Assembly (NCBI GenBank): GCA_964545575.1
Contig: CAZJFL010000001.1
Span: forward strand, 5,742 to 69,741
Origin: an uncultured Planctomycetales bacterium
GTDB taxonomy: Bacteria > Omnitrophota > Gorgyraeia > Gygaellales > Profunditerraquicolaceae
DNA length: 64,000 nucleotides
Direction of reading: 5' to 3'
Below are positions 1 to 9,347 of the stretch, in pieces. The number at the start of each line of letters is the position of its first letter. The stretch's first letter is position 1. The notes beneath the pieces were generated by a model. That model made no database searches, was not told the origin of the DNA, and was given only the letters and a program-made list of their open reading frames with translations. The translations under genes and the position numbers were made by a program.

Positions 1-2154
1 CGCTACCCCTATCTGCACATCCGCTACCAACAGGACGGCAGCTTTAACTTTAGCCGGATATTTACCCCCAAGCCCGCCGTAGAGAATAAACAAAAGCCAA
101 GATTGTCTTTCTTTATCTATAAAATAAACCTGGTGGGGGGCAAATGCTTATGGGAAGACAAACACTTTACCCCTATTTCCAGCCACAATATCGCGGATTT
201 AAATATCGGGCTTCTGCTGGGGCCCTTGCCGAAGATATCTTTCCTCATACAGGGTAATATCCCCCGCCCGGACGGAACTTCTGGCAGACTTTCTCTTAAA
301 GGCGATTACCACGTTGCTTCCCGGGAAATGCATGCCCAGTTAAACCTGATTAACCTATCCTTGGAGGCGTTTGAACCCTACCTGAAAAACTTACCCTTTA
401 CCATTGCCGGCGGCAACATCGACAGCGCAGCACTAAGCCTGAATCTTAAAAATAAAATACTCACCCTGCAGGGTGTCGCCTTGACAAAAAACGTGCAGCT
501 TGTTAAGGATGAACTTACCTTAAGCGGCGATATTGTTGTTGAGCCGTCTTTTCAATACGCGCCAGATACGAAAGAACTGGATTATAAAATAAATTTTAAA
601 TTGCCGGGAGTAACCCTTGAAGGGATAAAATACATCGAAAAGATAACCCATGCCGTCGGAAGCCTGCAACTGACTAAAAACAGCCTGTCTACGGAAGGGA
701 TACAATTACAGACTTTAAGCTCCGATTTCCGGCTCAGCGGGAGCGTGGATTTTCAGGCGCCATACCTTAAGCTCCATTTTGAAAGCGCCGCGGCAAATTT
801 AGAGACAGTTTTTGCGCTTCTTTCTGCGCCCAAAGATTTAAAATTAACCGGCACGGCTGCGGTCAGGGTTGATGTGGAGGGAAACTTAAATATCGCTCCT
901 CTGGATAAAAAAGCGGTTTTTAATATCGCCGCCGCTACCTTTAAGACCTCCCTGCTTAAAGAGCCGCTGAATAACATTGCAGGGAAAATTATCCTCACCG
1001 AAAACGGCGCTGACTGGGCCGGGCTTGCTTTTAATTACCGCAATAGCGCCTACAGCTCCTCGGGAAAACTGTTAAACTTCAAAGAACCGCAATTAAATTT
1101 TGCCTTGAGTAGCAAAGATTTAGATTTAAAATCCGATCTTAAAATTAAAGACAAGGATATAAAAATAAACGCGCTGGAGGGAAAATACCTCAATTCTTAT
1201 TTTAATATCCTCGGCGATATCAATATACGTAACAGCAGCAATTCCCTGTTTAACTTAAGCACAAAGTTAAACTTAAGCCTCCCCGATACCTTCGCCGTAT
1301 TGCCGGCTAAAGTTTCGGGAAACCTGAAGAAAATGAAATTAGACGGCCGCCTCAATATCAACGGAACTTTAAGCGGAGAGGCTAATGATTACAAAAACTG
1401 GAAGATTTCCGCTAAAGCCGCCTCAGATTTAATCTCCGTCTATGGTTTAAAATTCAGCAACCTTGCTTTCGGTGTAGAGCAACAGCAAGAGACGCTGCAA
1501 CTGCTTAACTTTTCCGTCTCCCCTGCTTATTCCGGGATCATCAACCTGGCCTTCAGTGCCTCACTGAAAGGCGATAACCCCGGATATATCCTTAAATTCA
1601 GCGCCAACGACATAGACTTGTCAAAATTAAAATCCGATATCGGGCTCAAAGATAAAGATATAGCGGGGATAATCTATGTCGATGCGAATTTAAATGGGGA
1701 ATTCAGGAGCCTGGATACCTTAAAGGGCTCAGGCTTTATCTCGGTCAAAGACGGCAAGCTCTGGCAGATAAACCTCTTTAAAGGATTAGGCGAGCTATTC
1801 CTGCTTCCCGAATACCGGGGCATCGTATTCACCAAGGCAAACGGAGAATTCGAAGTGGAAAACAGATTAATTTCTACCGATGACCTGAAATTGGAAAGCT
1901 CGGAGCTGGTCCTGGACTGGTCGGGAAATATGGGATTTGACGGAGCCCTGGATTTTACTGTCTATACCAATGCCAATAAAAACGTGATCAAGGATTCTCC
2001 GGACTTAAGGAAATTCTTGACCGCGATAGTCGGGGAATTAAGCGGGGCGATTGCGATCAAGGTTAGCGGCACGATAAAGGAGCCAAAATTCCGCTTCATC
2101 CCCATGCCTTTAGACCTGCTCAAGAATATCAAGAATTTTATTTTAGGTAAGTAG
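1..2154 (+). CDS. AsmA-like / DUF748 envelope protein (5' end lies before the window)
   Basis: Frame is open from base 1; beta-strand-rich repeats; AsmA-like C-terminus (IKVSGTIKEPKFRF). Confidence 0.7.
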   Translation, partial: RYPYLHIRYQQDGSFNFSRIFTPKPAVENKQKPRLSFFIYKINLVGGKCLWEDKHFTPISSHNIADLNIGLLLGPLPKISFLIQGNIPRPDGTSGRLSLKGDYHVASREMHAQLNLINLSLEAFEPYLKNLPFTIAGGNIDSAALSLNLKNKILTLQGVALTKNVQLVKDELTLSGDIVVEPSFQYAPDTKELDYKINFKLPGVTLEGIKYIEKITHAVGSLQLTKNSLSTEGIQLQTLSSDFRLSGSVDFQAPYLKLHFESAAANLETVFALLSAPKDLKLTGTAAVRVDVEGNLNIAPLDKKAVFNIAAATFKTSLLKEPLNNIAGKIILTENGADWAGLAFNYRNSAYSSSGKLLNFKEPQLNFALSSKDLDLKSDLKIKDKDIKINALEGKYLNSYFNILGDINIRNSSNSLFNLSTKLNLSLPDTFAVLPAKVSGNLKKMKLDGRLNINGTLSGEANDYKNWKISAKAASDLISVYGLKFSNLAFGVEQQQETLQLLNFSVSPAYSGIINLAFSASLKGDNPGYILKFSANDIDLSKLKSDIGLKDKDIAGIIYVDANLNGEFRSLDTLKGSGFISVKDGKLWQINLFKGLGELFLLPEYRGIVFTKANGEFEVENRLISTDDLKLESSELVLDWSGNMGFDGALDFTVYTNANKNVIKDSPDLRKFLTAIVGELSGAIAIKVSGTIKEPKFRFIPMPLDLLKNIKNFILGK

Positions 2155-2740
2155 CCAGGAGCGCCTTTGCCTTTTTGAGGGCGCGGAAACGATGGCTGAT
2201 TTTGTGTTTTATCCGCGGCCCAAGTTCGGCAAAGGTCTTTTTATATTTGGGGACGATGAATAAAGGGTCGTAGCCGAAACCATAGTGTCCCTGCATTTTA
2301 AAACCGATACGCCCGGAGCACCTGCCTTCTACCACCCCGAGCAATCCATTTTTACCGGCCACAGCTACAGCACAGACATAATAAGCGTTTCTTTTGCTTA
2401 GGGGGACGACCTTGCTTAAAATTTTTAAAAGTTTAAGGTTATTTTTTTGATCGCTCTTGCCTTTGCCCGAGAAACGCGAAGAATAAATCCCGGGCTCACC
2501 CCCTAAGGCATCCACGCAAAGGCCGGAATCTTCTCCCAAGGTGAGTTTTCCGCTGGCGCGGGCTAAGGTGAGCGCTTTTTTGACCGCGTTTTCCTTAAAG
2601 GTCATGCCGTTTTCGATGATGCGCGGGCTAGGCGCGTAATCGGCAAGCGAAGTGATCTTTAAGCCGAGGCCCTTTAAGATCTCTTTTATCTCCCGGAGTT
2701 TCTTTTTGTTTTTAGTGGCGACTAATAATTCCTGCTTCAT
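2138..2740 (-). CDS. rdgB: Non-canonical purine NTP pyrophosphatase (RdgB/HAM1)
   Basis: [23 protein letters not shown] and SHR motifs; follows rph. Confidence 0.95.
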   Translation of the reverse strand: MKQELLVATKNKKKLREIKEILKGLGLKITSLADYAPSPRIIENGMTFKENAVKKALTLARASGKLTLGEDSGLCVDALGGEPGIYSSRFSGKGKSDQKNNLKLLKILSKVVPLSKRNAYYVCAVAVAGKNGLLGVVEGRCSGRIGFKMQGHYGFGYDPLFIVPKYKKTFAELGPRIKHKISHRFRALKKAKALLATYLK

Positions 2741-3450
2741 AAAATATCTTTTAGGCAGGCCCTCTGGATATCGATCAGCTCGGCGATACCTTTCCTGGCT
2801 AAGGCGAGCAGCTCATCCATCTGTTTTTTATGGAAGGTTTTTCTCTCGGCAGTGCCCTGGATTTCGATAAATTCTCCTTTTCCGGTCATCACAATATTCA
2901 TATCCACGTCGGCCCGGTAATCTTCCTCGTAGGCCAGGTCAAGAATCAATTCTAAGCCAAGAATACCGACGCTGGTAGCGGCGACAAAATCTTTTACCGG
3001 AATCCTTTTGATCAAGCCTGTCCCTTTTAATTTATTCAGCGCATCGACCAGAGCGATAAAACTTCCGGTAATGGCTGCGGTGCGCGTGCCGCCGTCTCCC
3101 TGGATTACGTCGCAGTCAATCCAGATGGTGCGCTCCCCTATTTCTTTTGTCTCGGTCACCGCGCGCAGCGAACGGCCTATCAGCCGCTGGATTTCGTAAG
3201 TCCGTCCGGAATCTTTATTGCGCGGGATACGGGTCTTACAGGAACGCGGCAGCATCCCGTATTCTGCGGTTACCCAGCCGGCGCCTGAGTTTCTTAAGAA
3301 TGGCGGCACCGATTCTTCTACCGATGCGCTACAGACAACCTTAGTATTTCCCAATTCAATCAGGCAGGAACCTTCGGCGTATTTAAGGTAATCGCGCGTA
3401 ATTTTTACTTTTCTTAACTGGTCTGAGTTTCTGCCGTCACTTCTTGTCAT
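2737..3450 (-). CDS. rph: Ribonuclease PH
   Basis: [37 protein letters not shown]. Confidence 0.97.
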   Translation of the reverse strand: MTRSDGRNSDQLRKVKITRDYLKYAEGSCLIELGNTKVVCSASVEESVPPFLRNSGAGWVTAEYGMLPRSCKTRIPRNKDSGRTYEIQRLIGRSLRAVTETKEIGERTIWIDCDVIQGDGGTRTAAITGSFIALVDALNKLKGTGLIKRIPVKDFVAATSVGILGLELILDLAYEEDYRADVDMNIVMTGKGEFIEIQGTAERKTFHKKQMDELLALARKGIAELIDIQRACLKDIL

Positions 3451-3928
3451 AAATATTTCCTCCCTTAACGTCGATTCCGACTATTAACGGAAAATCCTTA
3501 ACCTCTAATTTATAAATCGCCTCCGGGCCTAAATCTTTATAGGCAACCGGCTTTGCCTTTTTTACATACTTTGCCAATAAAGCGCCGCAGCCGGCATAAA
3601 TCAAGAAATATACCCCGCCGTATTTTTTTATCGCCCGGATAGCTTCGGGGGAACGATTGCCTTTACCGATCATCCCCCTTAGGCCTGCCTTCATCAGTAT
3701 GGGCGTAAATTCATCCATGCGCGCGCTGGTCGTCGGGCCGCAGGAACCGATAATCTTGCCTTTAGGCGTCTGAGTCGGGCCGCAATAATAGATCACCGCG
3801 CCTTTTAAGTCTATGGGGAGCCTCTGGCCTTTTTTGATTGCCTCGACTAATCTTTTATGCGCCTGGTCGCGAGCAGTATAAATTGTGCCGCTAAAAAAAA
3901 GTCTATCTCCTGCTTTTAAATTTTGCAT
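3437..3928 (-). CDS. Fe-S hydro-lyase (fumarate/tartrate) beta subunit
   Basis: [26 protein letters not shown]. Confidence 0.93.
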   Translation of the reverse strand: MQNLKAGDRLFFSGTIYTARDQAHKRLVEAIKKGQRLPIDLKGAVIYYCGPTQTPKGKIIGSCGPTTSARMDEFTPILMKAGLRGMIGKGNRSPEAIRAIKKYGGVYFLIYAGCGALLAKYVKKAKPVAYKDLGPEAIYKLEVKDFPLIVGIDVKGGNIYDKK

Positions 3929-3936
3929 TTTTAATT

Positions 3937-4779
3937 TTAAATTTCGGAAGTAGCGCTGCGCAAGGCATGACAGCTAATATTAACAGCTACCGGCAGCCCG
4001 GCGATATGCGTAGAGTGAGTCATGATATTTACCGCCAGGCAGGTACTCTTTCCGCCTAAGCCCATCGGGCCGATGTTTAGTTTATTAATCTCGTTTGATA
4101 AATCACGCTCTAACTTACGAATGCCGGATAACCGGATAACCGGATAACCGGATAACCGGCGCAAGAGCGCCTTCTTCGCCAATAAACAGGCATAATCCGC
4201 TGTCCCCCCTATCCCTACGCCGACCACATACGGCGGGCAGGCATCCGGCCCGGCTGCTTTGACTGTATCAATGATAAATTTTTTGACCTCGGATAAGTCA
4301 GCCGTAGGCTTAAACATCTTAAGCTGAGCTTTATTCTCGCAGCCAAAACCTTTGGGCAAAACAACGAGCTTTAATTTATTGCCCGGCACAATATCGATGT
4401 GTATTACCGCCGGGCCGTATCCGGATTTACCTCTTGATAACGGATCTTTGACCACCGAATTTCTGAAAAAACCTTTTCTGTAACCTGCCTCCACTCCCTT
4501 ATTGACCGCGCCTTTCAAATCCCCGGCAACTTTTACATTACTGCCTATCTCTACGAAAACGCAAGGCATGCCGGTATCCTGGCAGATAGCCAGCTTTTCC
4601 TTGCGCGCTACGGCGGCATTCTCAATAATCGCCTGCAGTATATTTTTTGCCCTTTTATTTTTTTCTTTACGCAAAGATATCTTTAATACCCTAAGGACGT
4701 CTTTTCTTAAATCCAGATTTGCCCTTATACACAAATCTCTTACTGTATTTCTGATTTTTTCTGCGGATATAGTTCTCAT
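3937..4779 (-). CDS. Fe-S hydro-lyase (fumarate/tartrate) alpha subunit
   Basis: ICQDTG, PKGFGCEN, ACPP..VGVGIGG, IGPMGLGG, CHALR. Confidence 0.93.
   Translation of the reverse strand: MRTISAEKIRNTVRDLCIRANLDLRKDVLRVLKISLRKEKNKRAKNILQAIIENAAVARKEKLAICQDTGMPCVFVEIGSNVKVAGDLKGAVNKGVEAGYRKGFFRNSVVKDPLSRGKSGYGPAVIHIDIVPGNKLKLVVLPKGFGCENKAQLKMFKPTADLSEVKKFIIDTVKAAGPDACPPYVVGVGIGGTADYACLLAKKALLRRLSGYPVIRLSGIRKLERDLSNEINKLNIGPMGLGGKSTCLAVNIMTHSTHIAGLPVAVNISCHALRSATSEI
4124..4159. repeat. Tandem 8-mer (CCGGATAA)x4.5 inside the hydro-lyase alpha gene
   Basis: Read directly; encodes RLSGYPVIRLSG on the minus strand. Confidence 0.95.
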
Positions 4780-5165
4780 CTCTTATATTCGCGGGTAACG
4801 GTGGTGGTGATGCCTCCGCGGGGGTTAAAGACGCCGATAATTCTCACCCGGCGCGGCTTAGCCGCCCTGACGAAATCCTCCAGCATCTTGTTAATCAGGT
4901 GCTCGTGGAATATGCCGATGTTGCGGAAAAATATAGTGTACATCTTAAAAGACTTTAGCTCAATGCAATATTTAGCCGGGGAATATTCTATTGTTATCGC
5001 GGCAAAATCCGGCAGCCCGGTCTTCGGGCAGATACAGGTGAACTCCGGGATTTCCAAGGTGATATTATATATTTTATCGGGATACTGATTTAGCCAGACG
5101 TCAATTACGGGCGTCTTTAAGCTACGGACTTTTCTCTGCAGGCCCTCGTAGCCGGATTTTTTCAT
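4776..5165 (-). CDS. queF: PreQ0 reductase (short, type I)
   Basis: EFTCICPKTGLPDFA, ELKSFK, FHE, PRGGI. Confidence 0.95.
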   Translation of the reverse strand: MKKSGYEGLQRKVRSLKTPVIDVWLNQYPDKIYNITLEIPEFTCICPKTGLPDFAAITIEYSPAKYCIELKSFKMYTIFFRNIGIFHEHLINKMLEDFVRAAKPRRVRIIGVFNPRGGITTTVTREYKR

Positions 5166-5833
5166 CTTAGCCCCGCTATTTTATGCACCTGCGGTATCAC
5201 GCAGGCGGTGACGCTGTTATTCCCGGAAATATCCCTATAATCCGCTAATTTCTTTCTTAGCGTAACGCTATCTTCCTGGGCGTTGGGCTGTAAAACCAGG
5301 ACTGCTGCCCGATGCACTTCCCTGATCAGGCCCAAAGCATGGTGCAAATCTTTTTCTTGCGTGGAATGGCAGATGACGATTTTTAAAAATACTTCTTTTC
5401 TGGAGGCGACCTTTAGGAACCTGCGGTGGGCATCCCAGAAACCCTGCATTTGCGTGGAGCTGGGAAGCTTCAGGTCCATCGCTACAATGTCTAAGAAATC
5501 TATCACTTCTTCCAGCTCCTCTGCCAGCGTGCCGTTAGTCTCCAGGTAATTGGTAAATTTATGCTTCTGCGTCAACTTAGCAGCCTCCCTCAGGAAATCT
5601 TTCTGTAAGAGCGGCTCCCCACCGGTAAAAGCTACGGAATGATACCTCTCTTTATACTGCTTAAGCTCTCTTAATAAATCCTCCGGTTCGTATTCGTCAA
5701 ATTTGTCTAACCTGGTATCGCAAAACTTACACTTTAAGTTACATCCGAAAAAACGCACAAACAACTGCCTCTCGCCCAGATAAAGGCCTTCTCCCTGGAT
5801 ACTTTCAAAAACCTCGGCGATTTTACCTTTCAT
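5162..5833 (-). CDS. queE: 7-carboxy-7-deazaguanine synthase (radical SAM); start placed at MKGKIAEVF
   Basis: SIQGEG, CNLKCKFCDT, TGGEP, ETNG; the longer ORF start lies inside a repeat element. Confidence 0.93.
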   Translation of the reverse strand: MKGKIAEVFESIQGEGLYLGERQLFVRFFGCNLKCKFCDTRLDKFDEYEPEDLLRELKQYKERYHSVAFTGGEPLLQKDFLREAAKLTQKHKFTNYLETNGTLAEELEEVIDFLDIVAMDLKLPSSTQMQGFWDAHRRFLKVASRKEVFLKIVICHSTQEKDLHHALGLIREVHRAAVLVLQPNAQEDSVTLRKKLADYRDISGNNSVTACVIPQVHKIAGLR

Positions 5834-5852
5834 CTTCACGTCTCCATCCGGA

Positions 5853-5955
5853 GAGACACCCAAACCTATCGGATGGTTTGGTGCCCCGCTTTCTGCGGGG
5901 ACACTTCTCCGATTAGCTTAAGAAACGTCCCTCGATTAGGTCAAGAAGTGTCCCT
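5853..5955. repeat. Cluster of GGGACAC...GTGTCCC REP-like hairpins at the queC/queE junction
   Basis: GGGACACTTCT (5898-5908) pairs with AGAAGTGTCCC (5944-5954); internal 23-bp direct repeat; a further hairpin at 5853-5887. Confidence 0.75.
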
Positions 5956-6603
5956 AAAAATGGGGTCTGGGATGCCTAATTCCCTGAATCCTTTGGCGCG
6001 ATAATAACAACTGTCGCATTTTCCGCAAGGGCGCCTGCCGCCCCGATAGCATGACCAGGTCAACTCAAAAGGTACACAGAGGCGCAGGCCTTCCCGGATA
6101 ATCTCGGACTTTCTCTTATTGATCAAGGGAGTAAATATTTTTATCTCTTTCCCCTCCACCCCTGACTTTGTCCCCACCTTGCTCATTCTTTCGAAGGCGC
6201 GGAAAAATTCCCGCCGGCAATCGGGATAACCCGAATAATCCTGGGCGTGCGCTCCGATAAAGACCGCGCTTGCCTCTAGCGTCTCGGCAAAAGAAAGCGC
6301 AAAACTTAAAAATATAATATTGCGCGCCGGCACATAAGTGGCCGGGATACTTCCGATAGCGTGTTTAGACAGCCCCAAATGCTTATCCAGGAGAGCCGAC
6401 CTCTTATGGGTTAAATCTATTTTTAAGACTTTAAAACGGCATCCTGCTGCCTGCGCAATTTTTCTTGCCGCAGCTATTTCCCGGCGGTGGCGCTGGCCGT
6501 AATCAAAGACGAAGCATAAGGGTTTGTAACCTTTATCTTTAGCGATGTATAAAGTAACCGCGGAATCCAGGCCCCCGGATAATAACACCACCGCTTTTCT
6601 CAT
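5941..6603 (-). CDS. queC: 7-cyano-7-deazaguanine synthase
   Basis: SGGLDS, TYVPARN, YPDCR, TWSCY..CGKCDSC. Confidence 0.97.
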   Translation of the reverse strand: MRKAVVLLSGGLDSAVTLYIAKDKGYKPLCFVFDYGQRHRREIAAARKIAQAAGCRFKVLKIDLTHKRSALLDKHLGLSKHAIGSIPATYVPARNIIFLSFALSFAETLEASAVFIGAHAQDYSGYPDCRREFFRAFERMSKVGTKSGVEGKEIKIFTPLINKRKSEIIREGLRLCVPFELTWSCYRGGRRPCGKCDSCYYRAKGFRELGIPDPIFRDTS

Positions 6604-6956
6604 TCTTCATACCCGGCGCGGCAATTCTGGCTCTCCCACACTGTCACGGACTTCAGGCCTTTTAATTTTAGGGCTAAATTATCGTATATAAATTTAGCGA
6701 TGTTTTCCGAAGTGGGGTTTACTCTCTTAAAATACGGCAGTTTATTCAAATATTTATGGTCCAGCTTTTCTAAAATTTTATTCAACCGCGCCTTTAATAA
6801 TTTAAAATCCGTAAGCATCCCGCTTTTATCCAATTTATCTCCGGCGAGCTCTACTTCCACCTTCCAGTTATGGCCATGCAGGCTCTCGCACTTGCCTTTG
6901 TAACCTCTTAAGTTGTGCGCCGAACTAAAATGCCCCTCTACCTTGATCTTATACAT
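6600..6956 (-). CDS. queD: 6-carboxytetrahydropterin synthase
   Basis: FSSAH, CESLHGHNW, LDH, NPTSENIA. Confidence 0.95.
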   Translation of the reverse strand: MYKIKVEGHFSSAHNLRGYKGKCESLHGHNWKVEVELAGDKLDKSGMLTDFKLLKARLNKILEKLDHKYLNKLPYFKRVNPTSENIAKFIYDNLALKLKGLKSVTVWESQNCRAGYEE

Positions 6957-7743
6957 TGTTCACCTTGCGCGCGTCTTTAATCGGCCGGCCCAAAAATCTC
7001 TTTGCCAGGCCGCTGAACCATTCCGGGTTATCGCTGACGTAAAAATGCTGCCTGCCCCTGCCGCCTTTATTCAACATGCCGGCATGAGCTAAAATCTCTT
7101 TTACCTCCATCGCCACCTGTTTTGCGGAATCTATCAATCTGATTTCTTTTCCTAAGACTTTCCTGATCGTATCTTTGAGCAAAGGGTAATGCGTGCAGCC
7201 CAAAATGACCGTATCTACGCGCGCGCTTTTTAGCGGCTGAAGGTAAGTTTTTGCCACTTCCAAAACCACGCCCCCCTCCAGCCACCCTTCTTCCACAAAA
7301 GGCACAAACAAAGGACAGGCCACAGAGGTCACCGAAATTTTCGGGTCAAGCTGTTTGATTTCGATTTCGTAGGCGCGGCTTTTGATTGTCCCACGCGTTC
7401 CGATGATACCGATGCGTTTATTCTCTGTCGCATAAACCGCCTCTCTTACGCCAGGAGAGATCACGCCCACGATAGGAACCTTAAAATGATTCTTTATCGC
7501 AGGGAGTGCAAGGCTAGACGCAGTATTACAGGCAACACAGATAAGTTTAACGTCCTGCTTCAGCAAAAACAGGATATTCTCGATGGAAAAACGTATCACC
7601 GTATCACGGGACTTGATCCCGTAAGGCACGCGCGCGGTATCCCCGAAATAAACTATATCTTCATCCGGAAGCACGCGGATTAATTCTTTGACTACGGTCA
7701 GGCCTCCCACTCCGGAATCAAATACGCCGATGGGCTTTTTCAA
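6949..7743 (-). CDS. murI: Glutamate racemase
   Basis: FDSGVGGLTV, ACNTAS, LGCTHYP. Confidence 0.97.
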   Translation of the reverse strand: MKKPIGVFDSGVGGLTVVKELIRVLPDEDIVYFGDTARVPYGIKSRDTVIRFSIENILFLLKQDVKLICVACNTASSLALPAIKNHFKVPIVGVISPGVREAVYATENKRIGIIGTRGTIKSRAYEIEIKQLDPKISVTSVACPLFVPFVEEGWLEGGVVLEVAKTYLQPLKSARVDTVILGCTHYPLLKDTIRKVLGKEIRLIDSAKQVAMEVKEILAHAGMLNKGGRGRQHFYVSDNPEWFSGLAKRFLGRPIKDARKVNNV

Positions 7744-8819
7744 TTCGCTGCCTCCGTTAAGGTATAATTCTTCACGTAATTCTCTATTCCGTGCACTATC
7801 GCCTCGGCTATCTGCTGGCGGTAATAATTGTCCTTTAACAGGTTTTCCTCTTCGGCATTAGAGAGAAAGCCCAGCTCTATTAATACCGCAGGCATACTGA
7901 CTTTTAAAACATAAAACCCCGCATCCTTTACCCCGAGGACGCGGGTATTCAGGTCGCGGTCTATCGCGCGGCAGATATCGCGGGATAATCTGACGGATTC
8001 GGCGTGGTTATAAGTGTAAAACATATCCCAGAGGATAGCCCTGAGGTTCGCCGAGCGGCCGGCAAAAGAACTGTTATCCAGGGAAGGCAGGCCGCTGTTA
8101 GCCGCCAGCAATACGCGCCGGTAATCATCCGCGCGGGGAGCCAGATAATATACTTCAAAGCCGCTTAAGCTCCTGACCCGGTTGGCATTGGAGTGGATGC
8201 TGATAAAAAGGTCTGCTTTCGCTTGATTAGCCAAATCAACCCTGCGCTCCAGGGAAACAAATACATCTGTGCTACGCGTCATCACTACGCTAAAACCGTC
8301 GTCCTTTAAAATTTTAGCCAGGCGCTTGGCAATATCCAGATTAATCACTTTTTCCCTTAAACCCGTCCTGCCGATGGCTCCGGGGTCATTGCCGCCGTGA
8401 CCGGCATCAATGACTATTTTCCTGATTATTGACGCCGACAAAGGAGTTTTAAGGTAATAGGATTCTTTGACAAAACTTTTCAGCGTCTCTTCTAATCTGT
8501 ACGGCACCACCACCGCACCTTCATAGATATCCACCGGGTGGTTTAAATGCTTGGGCTCTCCGTCAACTAAAATCGTCCTCTCGCCGACCATTAAACTTAT
8601 CTTGTGCCCGCCTTTAGTTAAAACTGCGCTGCGGGTTAGGGTATCGTATTCTAGCCCTACGCCGCTGGCCTGACAGAGAGAAGCTAAAGGCACATAGGCG
8701 ACGCCGTTTATACTGTAGGTGGGCAGGCTCGGGCCGCTGGGAACGGTGGCGCAGCTGGAGAAACTTAAAAGCAAAAGCGCACAGAGCAAAAATAGAAATG
8801 GGTTTTTAGGATAGGTCAT
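7740..8819 (-). CDS. N-acetylmuramoyl-L-alanine amidase (Amidase_3) lipoprotein
   Basis: Lipobox-like FSSC; IDAGHGGNDPGA, FISIHSN, IELGFLSN. Confidence 0.9.
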   Translation of the reverse strand: MTYPKNPFLFLLCALLLLSFSSCATVPSGPSLPTYSINGVAYVPLASLCQASGVGLEYDTLTRSAVLTKGGHKISLMVGERTILVDGEPKHLNHPVDIYEGAVVVPYRLEETLKSFVKESYYLKTPLSASIIRKIVIDAGHGGNDPGAIGRTGLREKVINLDIAKRLAKILKDDGFSVVMTRSTDVFVSLERRVDLANQAKADLFISIHSNANRVRSLSGFEVYYLAPRADDYRRVLLAANSGLPSLDNSSFAGRSANLRAILWDMFYTYNHAESVRLSRDICRAIDRDLNTRVLGVKDAGFYVLKVSMPAVLIELGFLSNAEEENLLKDNYYRQQIAEAIVHGIENYVKNYTLTEAAN

Positions 8820-8833
8820 ATTATCGGTTTAGT

Positions 8834-8876
8834 TGGTGGCGCCACCATTTTTTTCTTTGTCAGAAAAAAATGGTGG
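8834..8876. repeat. Perfect 15-bp inverted repeat including the tmRNA CCACCA end, plus a 14-bp palindrome TGGTGGCGCCACCA
   Basis: CCACCATTTTTTTCT (8842-8856) pairs with AGAAAAAAATGGTGG (8862-8876); palindrome at 8834-8847. Confidence 0.85.
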
Positions 8877-9281
8877 AGGTGGGCGGAATTGAACCGCCGT
8901 CCTTAAGCAGTTAAGTAAAAGCCGCTACATGCTTAGTCTGTCTTTTAAACTTACTCCCGGAAACTTCGGCAGACAGAATTTTCCAGGCAGCAGCCTTTTA
9001 GAGTTTCGCTTGCGGCACCAAAGGCAAACACCGAAGCTAGCCTATTAGTGCTCTATTTCATCTCATAGGCAAGATGAATAGAGGCTTCGGTAATCTAGTT
9101 ACCGAAGACTGGTACGCAACCCGGTACCATTGGCATAGCCATTGCTGACTGCACCATTGGCCTAGGTGTTAACATTTGCATGTTTGCGTTTATATTGTGC
9201 AAGGATTGATAACGCGGCCCACCCTGCGTCCGCGGCATGCTGCTCTTACCCGACTGTCCTAAGTCGAGCCCTTTCACCCCC
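8871..9281 (-). ncRNA. ssrA: tmRNA (one-piece, 411 nt)
   Basis: 5' GGGGGTGAAAGGGCTCGAC; 3' GGTTCAATTCCGCCCACCTCCACCA; 7-bp acceptor stem with G3-U; directly downstream of smpB. Confidence 0.95.
9095..9187 (-). other. tmRNA tag reading frame ANMQMLTPRPMVQSAMAMPMVPGCVPVFGN*
   Basis: ATAAAC-GCA resume context after the pk1 region; TAG lies in the loop of hairpin CTTCGGTAA-CTAGA-TTACCGAAG. Confidence 0.8.
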
Positions 9282-9343
9282 GATTTTTCTGTAATTTTTC
9301 TTGCTGGAAAAATCGTCCTCTGTAATTTTTCTTATCGGAGGAC
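9281..9343. repeat. Two tandem hairpins sharing a 15-bp direct repeat (TCTGTAATTTTTCTT) between smpB and ssrA
   Basis: Repeat at 9288-9302 and 9319-9333; stems CGATTTTTC/GAAAAATCG and GTCCTC/GAGGAC. Confidence 0.75.
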
Positions 9344-9347
9344 AACA

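Noticed and set aside
4776-6956. que genes as a DNA 7-deazaguanine (dpd) modification system, or with a preQ1 riboswitch
   Set aside because: No dpdA/tgt paralogue nearby, queF is present and the context is housekeeping; the genes overlap murI, leaving no leader for a riboswitch.
9095-9277. 60-aa ORF in the track
   Set aside because: It lies inside tmRNA; only the last 30 codons are meaningful, as the tag frame.
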